IMG/VR virus record: IMGVR_UViG_3300021963_000023 | Location: 187,150-251,149 of that record | Reading direction: 5' to 3' (one strand) | DNA length: 64,000 nt | Shown: positions 19,979 through 30,843 of the stretch, piece by piece | Layout: each line of letters starts with the position of its first letter | How positions within the stretch are numbered: position 1 is the first letter of the stretch | Made by a program: the position numbers and the translations under genes | The notes under the pieces: generated by a model | Databases searched by the model: none | What the model was told of the DNA's origin: nothing | The model's input: the letters and a program-made list of their open reading frames with translations, nothing else

Positions 19979-22900
19979 ATGGAATTATACGGTTCGTTAT
20001 TAAACATTTCGGGGTCAGTAACAGCCTCAGCATTTACCGGTTCCTTCAATGGAGATGGTGGAGGTTTATATAACCTTCCAGCGTCAGGTGTTACAGGTTT
20101 AAACCTATCACAAATAGCAAGTGGAAACGCCACAGCATCAATTTCATCATCGGGGTTTACGGTTAATAAAAGTACCCAAATTCAAGGTGATTTATCCGTT
20201 ACAGGGTCAATTATTGCAACCAACTATATTGTAAGTTCATCTGTAACTTATATGACCACAAGTTTTGCTAGTGGTTCATCTATGTTTGGTAACGATGGTA
20301 ATGATGTACATCAATTTACAGGTTCCGTTCAAATTACGGGTTCAATATCATTAAATGGACAAGCAATTGGTACGGGTAAGTTAGACGAAACAACATTTCA
20401 ATCATATACATCATCAATATCAAGTTCAATTGGTTCATTAAGTTCATCAATTGCATTAACAGATGTTTCACAAAGTAATAGATTAACAACGATTGAAGGT
20501 AATTATGCAACGACTGGTAGTAATTTATTTAAAGGTAGTCAAACCATATCAGGTTCAATTATACCATCTGTAGATAACACATATGATTTGGGTAGTTCAA
20601 CATATCAATGGAGAGACGTTTATATCTCTTCAGGGTCATTATACATCGATGGTACTAAAGTATTGGGAAGTACCTCACAGGAACTTACAATTACAACAGA
20701 TACAGGTCAATCAATTAAAATATTAGAGGCAGGTTCGGATTCAATTATATTACAATCTGCCGATGGTGATATCGAATTAAAATCATCAGGTGGTGGAGAT
20801 ATATTATTTGACCCAACAAACGGTCTTATATCAATTAAGGGAACAACACAAATACAAGATGGTTTTAAAATAACTTCATCAGGTGGAACCAACATAGTTT
20901 TTGGTGACACTATAATTGTTAGTGGTTCAATAGATTTAACAGGTAATGTTGATGGTATTGATTTACAATCATTCAGTTCTTCGGTATCTGCAAGTATTAG
21001 TTCATTGTTAGGTGGAAATACATCATTAAGTACTAGTATTGCAACCACAACTAGTGGATTAAGTTCTAGTATTGGTTCATTAAGTTCATCGGTTGCAACA
21101 ACAACAAGTGGATTGAGTTCTAGTATGGGAAGTTTATCTTCATCTGTTGCAACAACAACATCAGATTTAAGTTCTAGTATTGGAAGTTTGTCATCTTCTG
21201 TGGCAACTACAACATCAGGATTGAGTTCTAGTATAGCAACAACAACTCTTAACTTAAAAAATCGGGTTGATTCTATTGAAACAACAACAGGTAGTTTAAA
21301 CACATTCACATCAAGTGCAAGTGGAAGATTAACATCTATCGAAGGAATTACGGGATCAATAAGTTTACTTAACACATATACAGGTAGTAACAATACTGTT
21401 ATTGGTACTTTACAAACAAGTACAAGTTCATTAAATTCTTATACAAGTTCTAACACAACAAACATAGACGCGATTCACATTTCAACGGGTTCGTTTAAAT
21501 CGTTTACTTCATCATTCGATACTGCATTTGGAATGAGTGGTGCGGACGTTACCGTTAAAGGTAATTTAACTGTTTCAGGAACACAGACAACGGTCAATTC
21601 AACAACAGTTGCCATTGGTGATAATATCATTCAATTAAACGGAACGGGAGCGACAAACGCAGGTTTAGTGGTTAGAGACGCGACCGCACCAAATACCTTA
21701 TCGGGATCATTATTATGGGATAGTACCAGCGATAAATGGATAGCAGGAACTTTAGGTTCCGAAGATGATATTGTATTAAAAACAGCAACTCAAACATTAA
21801 CAAATAAAACAATTAATGCGTCACAATTAGTCGATGCATCTGTAACAAACACTAAATTAGCTAATTCATCTATAACAATAGCTGGAACATCAACATCATT
21901 AGGTGGTACAATATCTGCAGCGACAATATTATCAGGTACGGGAACTGTATCGGGGTCTGCACAAATTGATTTAACCGCAACAGCAAATTACGCTTCAGGT
22001 ATATTAACAAGATTAAATGCGGTTGGTGTATTTTCTGGTTCTGCTCAGGTTACTGGAATTGGTAATGCACAATTAACAAATTCATCTGTAACCGTTACTG
22101 CAGGTACAGGTATGAGTGGCGGTGGTGCAGTATCGTTAGGAGGTACTGTAACATTAACAAATGCGGGTGTAACTTCATTAACAACTAACACTGGTTTAAG
22201 TTCAAACGTAAGTGCAACAGGTGCGGTTACAATTACAAATACAATAACTAATAATAACCAATTAACCAATGGTGCGGGATATATAACCTCCGCAGGTACA
22301 GCAACTAATGTTAGTGGAATAGTTGCAGTTGTAAATGGTGGTACAGGTGCGTCAACCACATCTACAGCAAGAACAAACTTAGGATTGGCAATTGGTTCAG
22401 ATGTTTTAGCATATAGAACATTTGGAACCGCAGCAAATAATAACACAGGCGATTTTGCTTTAGTTAATGCCACACATTATGTTGGTACAACAGCAATCGC
22501 AGCTAACAGAGCATCCGCATCACAAACATTAACGGGAGTGTCAATTGATGGTAATGCTGCAACCGCAACAATTTTTAATAATGGTAGTCTATATATTTCA
22601 ACAGTAAATGGAAATACCTTAAATTCGGGATTTAGTAATGCAGGAGATGGTAGTGATATTTGGATTAACTATAGAGGATATAATGACGCTCAGTTATACT
22701 TTAGAGATTTTAGGGTGGGTAATGGAAAAGGTACGCAAATTGCTTTATTTACCGGTTCTAATGGTAGTTTAGCGGTAACAGGTACCATAGGAGCATCAAA
22801 CTATAGTGGAACACATAGTGGAGCATCTTCAGGAACAAATACTGGTGACCAAACAAATATTTCGGGTAATGCTGCAACCGCAACAACTGCCGGTAGTACT

Positions 22901-23449
22901 GGTACATTATCAAGTAATGCTGTTACAAATGGATATTTGGTTATCGGTGGTAACTATTCAAACAACGCATATAATGGTGTTGCTGGTGGAACAAGATTAA
23001 TGTTTGGTGGCGGTAACTCTGATGCTGTTGATAATTACTACATTGGTACAAATATGGAAGATTATGGTGGTAACTACAATAAATTAGATTTAAGATGGCA
23101 TACAGGTATTCGTATGGGTGCACAGGCGGGTTATGGCGGTATTAGATTTTACAATAATGAAGACTTAAGTTCCGTTCTATTTTCAATCGGTGCCAGTGAT
23201 GGTAACGTTAGAAGCCACACGAATTTATTACCATCTGCAAACAATTCATACAATTTAGGTAGTGCATCACTTAGATGGGCTAACTTATACACCAACGACT
23301 TACATTTAAGTAATGAAGGTAAAGAAGGTGGAAATGAAATAGATGGAACAACAGGTGACTGGACTATACAAGAAGGTCAAGAAAATCTGTATATTATAAA
23401 TCATAAGAACGGTAAGAAGTTCAAAATAGATTTAACTGAAATAGTATAG
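19979..23449 (+). CDS. Long tail fibre
   Basis: Shared cassettes and coiled-coil repeats; C-terminus LRWANLYTNDLHLSNE..N.IDGT.G.WTIQEG, typical of large-phage fibres. Confidence 0.8.
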   Translation: MELYGSLLNISGSVTASAFTGSFNGDGGGLYNLPASGVTGLNLSQIASGNATASISSSGFTVNKSTQIQGDLSVTGSIIATNYIVSSSVTYMTTSFASGSSMFGNDGNDVHQFTGSVQITGSISLNGQAIGTGKLDETTFQSYTSSISSSIGSLSSSIALTDVSQSNRLTTIEGNYATTGSNLFKGSQTISGSIIPSVDNTYDLGSSTYQWRDVYISSGSLYIDGTKVLGSTSQELTITTDTGQSIKILEAGSDSIILQSADGDIELKSSGGGDILFDPTNGLISIKGTTQIQDGFKITSSGGTNIVFGDTIIVSGSIDLTGNVDGIDLQSFSSSVSASISSLLGGNTSLSTSIATTTSGLSSSIGSLSSSVATTTSGLSSSMGSLSSSVATTTSDLSSSIGSLSSSVATTTSGLSSSIATTTLNLKNRVDSIETTTGSLNTFTSSASGRLTSIEGITGSISLLNTYTGSNNTVIGTLQTSTSSLNSYTSSNTTNIDAIHISTGSFKSFTSSFDTAFGMSGADVTVKGNLTVSGTQTTVNSTTVAIGDNIIQLNGTGATNAGLVVRDATAPNTLSGSLLWDSTSDKWIAGTLGSEDDIVLKTATQTLTNKTINASQLVDASVTNTKLANSSITIAGTSTSLGGTISAATILSGTGTVSGSAQIDLTATANYASGILTRLNAVGVFSGSAQVTGIGNAQLTNSSVTVTAGTGMSGGGAVSLGGTVTLTNAGVTSLTTNTGLSSNVSATGAVTITNTITNNNQLTNGAGYITSAGTATNVSGIVAVVNGGTGASTTSTARTNLGLAIGSDVLAYRTFGTAANNNTGDFALVNATHYVGTTAIAANRASASQTLTGVSIDGNAATATIFNNGSLYISTVNGNTLNSGFSNAGDGSDIWINYRGYNDAQLYFRDFRVGNGKGTQIALFTGSNGSLAVTGTIGASNYSGTHSGASSGTNTGDQTNISGNAATATTAGSTGTLSSNAVTNGYLVIGGNYSNNAYNGVAGGTRLMFGGGNSDAVDNYYIGTNMEDYGGNYNKLDLRWHTGIRMGAQAGYGGIRFYNNEDLSSVLFSIGASDGNVRSHTNLLPSANNSYNLGSASLRWANLYTNDLHLSNEGKEGGNEIDGTTGDWTIQEGQENLYIINHKNGKKFKIDLTEIV

Positions 23450-23450
23450 T

Positions 23451-24044
23451 ATGCCATTAAATGTAGAAGGTACAATATTTGGAGATAAAACAATCACACC
23501 AGCATCTGGTACATTGTCATTACCAAGCACATCATTGGCAATTAGTGGTTGGCATAGAAGAGGTATTAATAATCCAATATTTAGAGCAAATGGATCATTA
23601 CAAGCGTGGCGGTACCCAACTGATTCTGGTTGGAATGGAGCAGCAACTTGGAATATATTAGATTCAAGAATTGCATGGGTAACAACGGATAGAACAGGTA
23701 ATTTTAGCACATCAACAGGTAGGTTCACCGCACCTTCTGCTGGTTATTATCATTTCATGATGAATCTTTATATGTTAAACGATATTTCCGCACCATACAA
23801 CACCGGTGCCGGTTATATTCACCCACAATTTGCAAAAAATGGTGGATTAGGTTGGAATAATGGTCAAACACCATATACAATTTACACATATGGTGCCGCA
23901 GGAAATTATCCCGATGGTATTGATATATCTGCGGTTATGTCTTTAGCTGCGGGTGACTATGTTGATATTAGAGTTTACATTAATGCGAGCACAACTAGAC
24001 TTTATGGTGCACACACAGGATTTTGGGGGTGGAAAATTGGTTAA
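23451..24044 (+). CDS. C1q-domain protein
   Basis: FSTSTGRFTAP..GYYHF, L.AGDYV, F.GWKIG motifs. Confidence 0.75.
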   Translation: MPLNVEGTIFGDKTITPASGTLSLPSTSLAISGWHRRGINNPIFRANGSLQAWRYPTDSGWNGAATWNILDSRIAWVTTDRTGNFSTSTGRFTAPSAGYYHFMMNLYMLNDISAPYNTGAGYIHPQFAKNGGLGWNNGQTPYTIYTYGAAGNYPDGIDISAVMSLAAGDYVDIRVYINASTTRLYGAHTGFWGWKIG

Positions 24045-24075
24045 AAATTAATTATATTTATAAAAAACAAAAAAT

Positions 24076-24366
24076 ATGGCACAGTACACAGTAACATTAA
24101 CAGACGCACAAGAGAAAGCATTAAGATGGGTTGCAGTAGATCCACAAGATTGGTTTGAAAATTTTGTATTTGCGAGATGTGAATCCGCAATTGATGAAAT
24201 TGTAAGTAATGAGATAACAAGAAAATTAGCTGCGGGTGAAACAATATCAGGGTCAAAAGAAGAAATTGTTATGGCGTCAAACATTGTTTCGGCTGAAGAA
24301 AGAAGTCTAATACAACCAGATGTCTATAACGATATGATAAACCCAACACCAGATCCCTTTTTATAA
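24076..24366 (+). CDS. Small hypothetical (fibre/C1q-associated) protein
   Basis: 96-aa ORF with TATTTATA at 24055-24062 upstream. Confidence 0.6.
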   Translation: MAQYTVTLTDAQEKALRWVAVDPQDWFENFVFARCESAIDEIVSNEITRKLAAGETISGSKEEIVMASNIVSAEERSLIQPDVYNDMINPTPDPFL

Positions 24367-24953
24367 TGCCAATTTATTTAGGAGGAGCAACATATAGTAA
24401 CAATACAATCGCTGGTGCCAGTGGTGCGCTAGCGTTGACCGGTAATTTGGTTCAACCATCACCTTCGGCCTATTCAACAACTATTGGTGTTCAACCAGCA
24501 TTTAATGCAAATGGTAGTGGAGCTTGGATTTATCCATCTGCATTTGGTGGTGGAAATGCTTGGAGAGAATTGGGTAGTCCAATTGGCTGGGGTGTAACGC
24601 AACAAGGTGCAGGATCTTATGGTTTTAGTACGTCTACTGGTAGATATACGGCACCCGTTGCGGGAAAGTATTATTTTCATTCCTCAACATATTATAATAT
24701 TGATAGTAATAGTACATCAGGGTATATTCATTATCAATTAGCAATAAATGGTAATGTAACTTGGAACAATAGTAGAACCCCATATAATATTTATGGTCAT
24801 GGAGAATTAGCGAATCACTCAGATGGTATAAACGTATCGGCAATAATGAGTTTAGGTGTTGGCGATTACGCTAGTGTGATTCCATATTGGGGTGGTACGA
24901 TTGGTAGACTTTATGGTAGTTATACATTATTCTGTGGATATTTAATAGGTTAA
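24366..24953 (+). CDS. C1q-domain protein
   Basis: FSTSTGRYTAPVAGKYYF, LGVGDY, FCGYLIG. Confidence 0.75.
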   Translation: MPIYLGGATYSNNTIAGASGALALTGNLVQPSPSAYSTTIGVQPAFNANGSGAWIYPSAFGGGNAWRELGSPIGWGVTQQGAGSYGFSTSTGRYTAPVAGKYYFHSSTYYNIDSNSTSGYIHYQLAINGNVTWNNSRTPYNIYGHGELANHSDGINVSAIMSLGVGDYASVIPYWGGTIGRLYGSYTLFCGYLIG

Positions 24954-24956
24954 GTT

Positions 24957-25541
24957 ATGGCAATATACGTAGGAGATACAACATATTCTGAATCAACAAT
25001 AAATCAAAACTCTGGTGCGTTTGATACGGGAGTATCCTTGAATGGTAATTTAAGTGTTGGTACAAATTTACGGGCATCAGGACAACCATCTTTTAATGCC
25101 TCTGGAACTGTGGCTACTTGGATGTACTCCGCAAATTTTGGAGGAACTGGATGGAGAGAAGTTGGTAGTCAAATGGGTTATACTTCAACGCAAGTTGGTT
25201 CCGGTTTTAGTAATTCAACAGGTAGATTCACCGCACCATTAGCTGGTCATTATTATTTTTACGCACAAGCATATTATTACAATGACAACAATTCAACATC
25301 TGGATATATCCATTTTGGATTCGGTAAAAATGGTGTAGACTCTTGGAATGAAGGATATACCCCATTAAACATATATGGTCACGGTGCCGTTGCGAATCAC
25401 GTAGATGGTATTCATACACACGGTATTATTTATTTAGGTATAGGTGACTATGTTAGTGTTAGACCATATTTTGGTGGGGGTGTTGGTAGATTCTACTCAG
25501 ATTACTTTTTATTTACGGGAATGTTTTTAGGTGCTATGTAA
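24957..25541 (+). CDS. C1q-domain protein
   Basis: FSNSTGRFTAPLAGHYYF, LGIGDYV, FTGMFLG. Confidence 0.75.
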   Translation: MAIYVGDTTYSESTINQNSGAFDTGVSLNGNLSVGTNLRASGQPSFNASGTVATWMYSANFGGTGWREVGSQMGYTSTQVGSGFSNSTGRFTAPLAGHYYFYAQAYYYNDNNSTSGYIHFGFGKNGVDSWNEGYTPLNIYGHGAVANHVDGIHTHGIIYLGIGDYVSVRPYFGGGVGRFYSDYFLFTGMFLGAM

Positions 25542-25570
25542 TTTACATTCTAATAAAAATTATATATATT
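25542..25570 (+). promoter_or_regulatory. sigma70-like promoter TTTACA-N17-TATATT
   Basis: -35 at 25542-47, -10 at 25565-70, ATG 6 nt downstream. Confidence 0.6.
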
Positions 25571-25576
25571 TTACCT

Positions 25577-26311
25577 ATGAATAACATAGGATTTGGAATA
25601 TTTTGTTTTGGTGAAGACTATTATTATCGAGGAACCAAAGAAAAAATTAAACAACTATTAAATGCTGAATTATCTGTTTACGTATTAACAGACAAACCTG
25701 AAGAATTTATAGAATACCCACAAGTACATGTTATCCAATACAATAGACACTTAAAGTCATATTCAGATAAGATGATATTACCAAAATACATCTTAAAAAA
25801 TCATGATATTTGCATTTTACTTGATGCGGACACACACGTCACAGATTATTCATTTTTAGAATTATTAAAAACATATAGTTTTAATAAAGGTGTATCATAT
25901 ATTGATACTTTATTGAATCATAGTGCAAAAAAAGGTATTGTAAAAGATTTGGTTAATCAAACCAATCCCGAATGGAAAACATATGTTGAATACGCATCTA
26001 AACTATATCCACCATTCTTTAATTTTGAAACAATGTGGGAATACTTCTTAGTTATTAATAAAGATGGATTTGATGTGAATTCATTTTACTATTATTATGA
26101 GAAATTACAAGTGGTAAAAGAATTTTCAGACTTACCTTTGAAAAAAGAAATAAGTGGTGCGGGTGAAGGTATATCAATACAAATAAGTTGCAAATCTGCT
26201 AATATAGAAATACAAAGAGATCTCGTATTGTATGGTTTACTAGAAGGTAAGATGATAAGTATAAGTAGAATACACACACCACGACATTTGTGGCCAAATT
26301 GGATGAAATGA
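25577..26311 (+). CDS. Putative GT-A fold glycosyltransferase
   Basis: YVLTDKP and LLDAD (DxD) motifs. Confidence 0.55.
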   Translation: MNNIGFGIFCFGEDYYYRGTKEKIKQLLNAELSVYVLTDKPEEFIEYPQVHVIQYNRHLKSYSDKMILPKYILKNHDICILLDADTHVTDYSFLELLKTYSFNKGVSYIDTLLNHSAKKGIVKDLVNQTNPEWKTYVEYASKLYPPFFNFETMWEYFLVINKDGFDVNSFYYYYEKLQVVKEFSDLPLKKEISGAGEGISIQISCKSANIEIQRDLVLYGLLEGKMISISRIHTPRHLWPNWMK

Positions 26312-27039
26312 TAACAAATAACGATTACATAAAAAACAATATTACCAACAACGGTGATCAACCAGTACCATATAGATGGACACATGGGGCTACCGATTTA
26401 CATATGGGTGATGGTATTATTGTATATTCTATGATTCAACACATGAGAGCCAAAAATTGTGTATGTATTGGTTCTGGTGGTGGATTTATACCTAGAATAA
26501 TGACACAGGCTAGAATCGACTTATATCACGCTAATATCTTTGAGGGTGATGATAACCATAGTTGGGGTGATATTGGAGCTACATATGTTGTTGATGCATG
26601 TAATGGTATTGGAGGACCAAATGATTTAGATGATAAAAATTCCTTTTATAGAAAAAATTTTAATCCTAGGTTTATTAAAGAAACCTCGGAAGCTGCGTTT
26701 TATAATTTCTTTATTAGACAAGATATTAAAATAGATTTATTATTTATCGACGGCGATCATTCATACGAGGGTGTTAAGAAGGATTTTGATCTTTATTCTC
26801 AAATATTATCACCCAAAGGTGTTATCATCTTACATGATACGGACGATGAATATGAAGAAACATTAATTGTTTCCGAAGACTCAAAAAAAGATCACCATAG
26901 ATTTGATGGCCCAAGCAAACTGGTTAAAGAACTCCAAAAAAATTCTGACTGGAACTTGATTAATTTACATAATTTCCGTATATTAATGGATAAACCATCA
27001 TCTAGTGGTATAACCATTATTAATAGGAAATATGATTAG
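26308..27039 (+). CDS. Class I SAM methyltransferase (Methyltransf_24-like)
   Basis: IGSGGG and FIDGDHSYEGVKKDF..GVIILHD. Start moved to ATG 26308 (ATGA overlap with the upstream stop). Confidence 0.8.
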   Translation: MITNNDYIKNNITNNGDQPVPYRWTHGATDLHMGDGIIVYSMIQHMRAKNCVCIGSGGGFIPRIMTQARIDLYHANIFEGDDNHSWGDIGATYVVDACNGIGGPNDLDDKNSFYRKNFNPRFIKETSEAAFYNFFIRQDIKIDLLFIDGDHSYEGVKKDFDLYSQILSPKGVIILHDTDDEYEETLIVSEDSKKDHHRFDGPSKLVKELQKNSDWNLINLHNFRILMDKPSSSGITIINRKYD

Positions 27040-27814
27040 GCTTTTAACAGTTATTGCTGACGGAATTGAATTACTTCCACACTTCATAAAACACTATCGA
27101 CAATATGTTGATGAAATCAATATTGCTGTTTATGAAACAGATGCACATCCATTATTAGGTAATGAAATATCACAACTCATTGGAAATGAGGAGAATGTTA
27201 AGATAGTAAAGGTCATTAAAAACAAAACATATGATGTTGATAAGGCCACTCTATTATATAATTTTATAAAGTCACAAAAGCCAAATGATTGGTGGGTTAT
27301 TGCTAACATTAATGAATTTCATTTATATCCACACGACAATCTCCGTTATATGATTGATAATTGTGAAGAGAATGGTTATCAATTAGTTAGAGGTGGTGTA
27401 ATAGATAGAATTTCCACAGATAGTCAATACTCACAAATTATTGAAGATCAATTAATATTTGATCAATACCCAACAATGGGTTTTTTTGCACACCCGATGA
27501 ATAAAAAAAACCCTAACAGAGTCTGCGTGATGAAAGGTCATATCGAATTAACTCCTGGTCAACACTATGCCAAAATAGATGGTGAAACAACATGGAAGTG
27601 GCAAGGATGGGAACATCCATTAATAGCTAAAACATACACAGTTCAAGTACATGATTTCAAGTTAGATTCTAAAACTACAGACCAATTAAGAAAAAATAAA
27701 TTTAAAATAGATTTAAATAACCCAGATTTTATGATTCAGGGTAATGGAGAAATACCTAAACATCGGGTTTATAGAAAATGGGATAAACTAATAAAAAAAA
27801 TAACATCAATATGA
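27032..27814 (+). CDS. GT2-like glycosyltransferase homologue, degenerate acidic motif
   Basis: Paralogue of 30836 (LPH..KHY, WW, GG..DR, GQHYA) with NINE in place of DDDE. Confidence 0.6.
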   Translation: MIRLLTVIADGIELLPHFIKHYRQYVDEINIAVYETDAHPLLGNEISQLIGNEENVKIVKVIKNKTYDVDKATLLYNFIKSQKPNDWWVIANINEFHLYPHDNLRYMIDNCEENGYQLVRGGVIDRISTDSQYSQIIEDQLIFDQYPTMGFFAHPMNKKNPNRVCVMKGHIELTPGQHYAKIDGETTWKWQGWEHPLIAKTYTVQVHDFKLDSKTTDQLRKNKFKIDLNNPDFMIQGNGEIPKHRVYRKWDKLIKKITSI

Positions 27815-28017
27815 GTACTAAAGCAGAAAAAGAACAAGAAGAATTGCTTTTGGAACAACGCAAAGTAAAAGCATTAGAAAAAATTGCAAATTCAATGGAT
27901 GCCTTAACCGTTTGGTTTGAGGAGGTTGATAAACAAGAATGGAGTGATAGAATTCAACATTACTTGGCTGAATGGCACAAATCAATACAACCTAAAGATC
28001 CAACAATAAATGGGTAA
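27811..28017 (+). CDS. Small hypothetical protein
   Basis: 68 aa, translationally coupled on both sides. Confidence 0.6.
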   Translation: MSTKAEKEQEELLLEQRKVKALEKIANSMDALTVWFEEVDKQEWSDRIQHYLAEWHKSIQPKDPTING

Positions 28018-29437
28018 ACATAAATTAGGTATCATTGTTCCGTATCGAAATAGAGCAAATCAACTTGGTCTTTTTAAAAGAAGTATGTCACATTTTTTAA
28101 AAAAAGAACACATTGATCATGAGATCTTTATTATCGAACAAGATGGTGCAAAATTATTTAATAGAGGTATGATATTAAACATTGGTTTTAACTATGCGGT
28201 AAAGCGTGGTTGTGACTATGTTGCTTTTCATGATATTGACATGTTACCACTATATGTAGATTATTCATATTCAGACGTTCCACTTCATTTAGCTACAGAC
28301 TTCGAATTTGAAAAAGGGGAAAAAGAAAGAGAAATTTTTGAAGAATATTTTGGGGGTGTAACATTATTCCCGGTTGAAGCATTTAAAAAAATTAATGGTT
28401 ACTCTAACAAATATTGGGGATGGGGTTATGAAGATACCGATTTATTATTAAGATGTAGAATTAATGATATTGAATTAAATACCCTAAAAATAAAGAACAT
28501 GGGTAAAAACGGGAAGGCGTTAAAATTCAATGGAGTAAACACCTATGTTGAATGTGAAAACACGATTGATTTAAATAATGATGCAACATTTTTTATTTCC
28601 TTTTGCCCAGAAAATATGATATTTGATCATAAAAAAGATAGTGATGAGTTTACTGTCTTTAGCATACCTGGATGGGATTTTGCAATATCCTATAATTCTT
28701 TTTGTAGATATAATTTTTGTGCATTTGATAGTAAACATACTCCACATTTTGTTAATTCAGAAATTAAAACCAACTATAAAACAAACATGGTTGTTGTTTT
28801 TAATAGAGATGAAAAATTTATCAAGGTGTATCAAGACGGTGAGTTAATTGGAAAAACAGAATGTTTTAAAAGACTTTTATATTATAAAAAAGAACCAAAA
28901 TTTTATCTAGGCGCCGGAAAGCCAGAAAGGGAAAAGATACCAAATCACTTTAAAGGAACAATAGATAGTTTCGCCTACTTCGATAAGATGTTGTCAGAAG
29001 AAGAAATTAAAGAAATATCTAATAATGAAACATTTTACTTGAATGAATCTTTTGGGGAATATAAATCTAAAAACGATCTTAAAATTTATTACGATGGTGA
29101 TTTTATTGAAAATTATCAGTTAGTTGATTTAAGTAATAATGGTGTAAAAGGTAAAATATTTAATTGTGAAATAATAAAACAAAACTATCCAGAATATACC
29201 GAATTAAAAGTTCCGCATAGAAGAAGATCAAAATTTAAATCAATTAAACATGAGGAAAATGGATTTCTGGGAAATAGATGGAAAGATGATAATACCAGAT
29301 GGAATCAATTAAGATTTCATAATGAGGTTTCTTTAAATAATAATTTAATGATTGATGATGGGGTATCAAGTGTGGAATTTGTTCAACACGCATTCATTAA
29401 AGACAATAATACGTATCAAGCAATAGTTGGAATATGA
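28010..29437 (+). CDS. GT7 (beta-1,4-galactosyltransferase-like) with inserted LamG/ConA-like domain
   Basis: VPYRNR, FNRG, FHDID, GYSN.YWGWGYED; insert ALKFNG...FKGTID. Confidence 0.8.
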   Translation: MGKHKLGIIVPYRNRANQLGLFKRSMSHFLKKEHIDHEIFIIEQDGAKLFNRGMILNIGFNYAVKRGCDYVAFHDIDMLPLYVDYSYSDVPLHLATDFEFEKGEKEREIFEEYFGGVTLFPVEAFKKINGYSNKYWGWGYEDTDLLLRCRINDIELNTLKIKNMGKNGKALKFNGVNTYVECENTIDLNNDATFFISFCPENMIFDHKKDSDEFTVFSIPGWDFAISYNSFCRYNFCAFDSKHTPHFVNSEIKTNYKTNMVVVFNRDEKFIKVYQDGELIGKTECFKRLLYYKKEPKFYLGAGKPEREKIPNHFKGTIDSFAYFDKMLSEEEIKEISNNETFYLNESFGEYKSKNDLKIYYDGDFIENYQLVDLSNNGVKGKIFNCEIIKQNYPEYTELKVPHRRRSKFKSIKHEENGFLGNRWKDDNTRWNQLRFHNEVSLNNNLMIDDGVSSVEFVQHAFIKDNNTYQAIVGI

Positions 29438-30843
29438 GTCATAAATTAGGTATATGTATACCATATAGAAACAGAAAGGATCACATTGAAAGGTTAATAC
29501 CTCATTTAACAAAACATTTAAATGAAAAAGGTATTGAACACGCATTTTATGTTGGGCATCAAATAGATGATAAACTTTTTAATCGAGGTGCAATGAAAAA
29601 TATTGCAGCTCATTACGCATTTGAAGATGGTTGTGATTATGTGGCTTGGCATGATGTCGATATGCTTGGGCACGAGGAATCTGATTATTCATATTCAGAT
29701 GATACACCGATTCATATCTCAACAAAGTTATCAAAATACAACTATACCTTAGGTTATGATCAATACTTTGGTGGTGTGGTATTATTCACAAAAGAACAAG
29801 CATATAAAACTAACGGTTATTCAAATGAGTATTGGGATTGGGGTCAAGAAGATGATGATTTATTTTGGAGATGTCATTTTGAAGGGATGACAACTGGTAG
29901 GGTTATAGACACTGAAAAAAACAAACTCATTGCAAATTTCAATGGTGATGATTCTGCGATTTATATACCAACTAATCGTGAGATCAGTTCGTGCTTACAC
30001 AATGATCATACAATAACATTAACCTTTAACGCTGAACAACAAGATGATAAAGTTCCCATTTTTAGAGTTGGTGATAAGAATAAAAAATTCATAGAATATC
30101 CAATATTAAGAAAAGACGGTAGTTGGACCTGGGGAGTTTCATTTAACAATTCTAGAGCAGTTACTATGTCGTTATTTGATAGAGATGGTTTAAATCATTA
30201 TAACTGGGCTAAAAGATTTGAGGGTATGTGGACAAAGGTTACTTTTAGTTATAGTAGTGAAGAAAAGAATGCATATTTTTATATTAATGATGAGTTGATT
30301 TCACAAATAAGTGGTATAAAACAAAACGCACCATTTCTTGTAAAGAATGATCTTAAAACACACGATTCAATAAAGCCGTTTTTACTAGGATTTTGTTCAC
30401 ATGTAAACACCAGATTTAAAGGTAAAATATCTGATTTTAAAATTTATAATAAGTATTTTAGTGATATAAATCTAATATCACAAAATAAAGAAAATATGGT
30501 ATTGGAAATGGATCTAACAAGTGATGGTATAATTAAACAAAACATAAACTTAACTAACGAAGACATTGAGATCTTTGAAAATGTTGTACCCTTTAGAAGA
30601 GAGGGTAGGTTTTATTGTTTACCACATGTTGATGAAGGATTTATTCATGGTAACTGGGCCAAAGGTGAAACAACAGCAAAAAATGAAAAACGCTTTGTTA
30701 CAGAAATGCAACAAGGTAAATTAAACTATAAAGAAGACGGATTAAATAAAATATTAGAAGTGTTAGAAATTGATAATGTTGATGAGACACTATACCCTAA
30801 TACTAAATTTATAAATGTTAAAATGATTACCAACTATGCTTAA
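29434..30843 (+). CDS. GT7 (beta-1,4-galactosyltransferase-like) with inserted LamG/ConA-like domain
   Basis: IPYRNR, FNRG, WHDVD, GYSNEYWDWGQEDDD; insert FNGD...FKGKISDFKIYN. Confidence 0.8.
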   Translation: MSHKLGICIPYRNRKDHIERLIPHLTKHLNEKGIEHAFYVGHQIDDKLFNRGAMKNIAAHYAFEDGCDYVAWHDVDMLGHEESDYSYSDDTPIHISTKLSKYNYTLGYDQYFGGVVLFTKEQAYKTNGYSNEYWDWGQEDDDLFWRCHFEGMTTGRVIDTEKNKLIANFNGDDSAIYIPTNREISSCLHNDHTITLTFNAEQQDDKVPIFRVGDKNKKFIEYPILRKDGSWTWGVSFNNSRAVTMSLFDRDGLNHYNWAKRFEGMWTKVTFSYSSEEKNAYFYINDELISQISGIKQNAPFLVKNDLKTHDSIKPFLLGFCSHVNTRFKGKISDFKIYNKYFSDINLISQNKENMVLEMDLTSDGIIKQNINLTNEDIEIFENVVPFRREGRFYCLPHVDEGFIHGNWAKGETTAKNEKRFVTEMQQGKLNYKEDGLNKILEVLEIDNVDETLYPNTKFINVKMITNYA

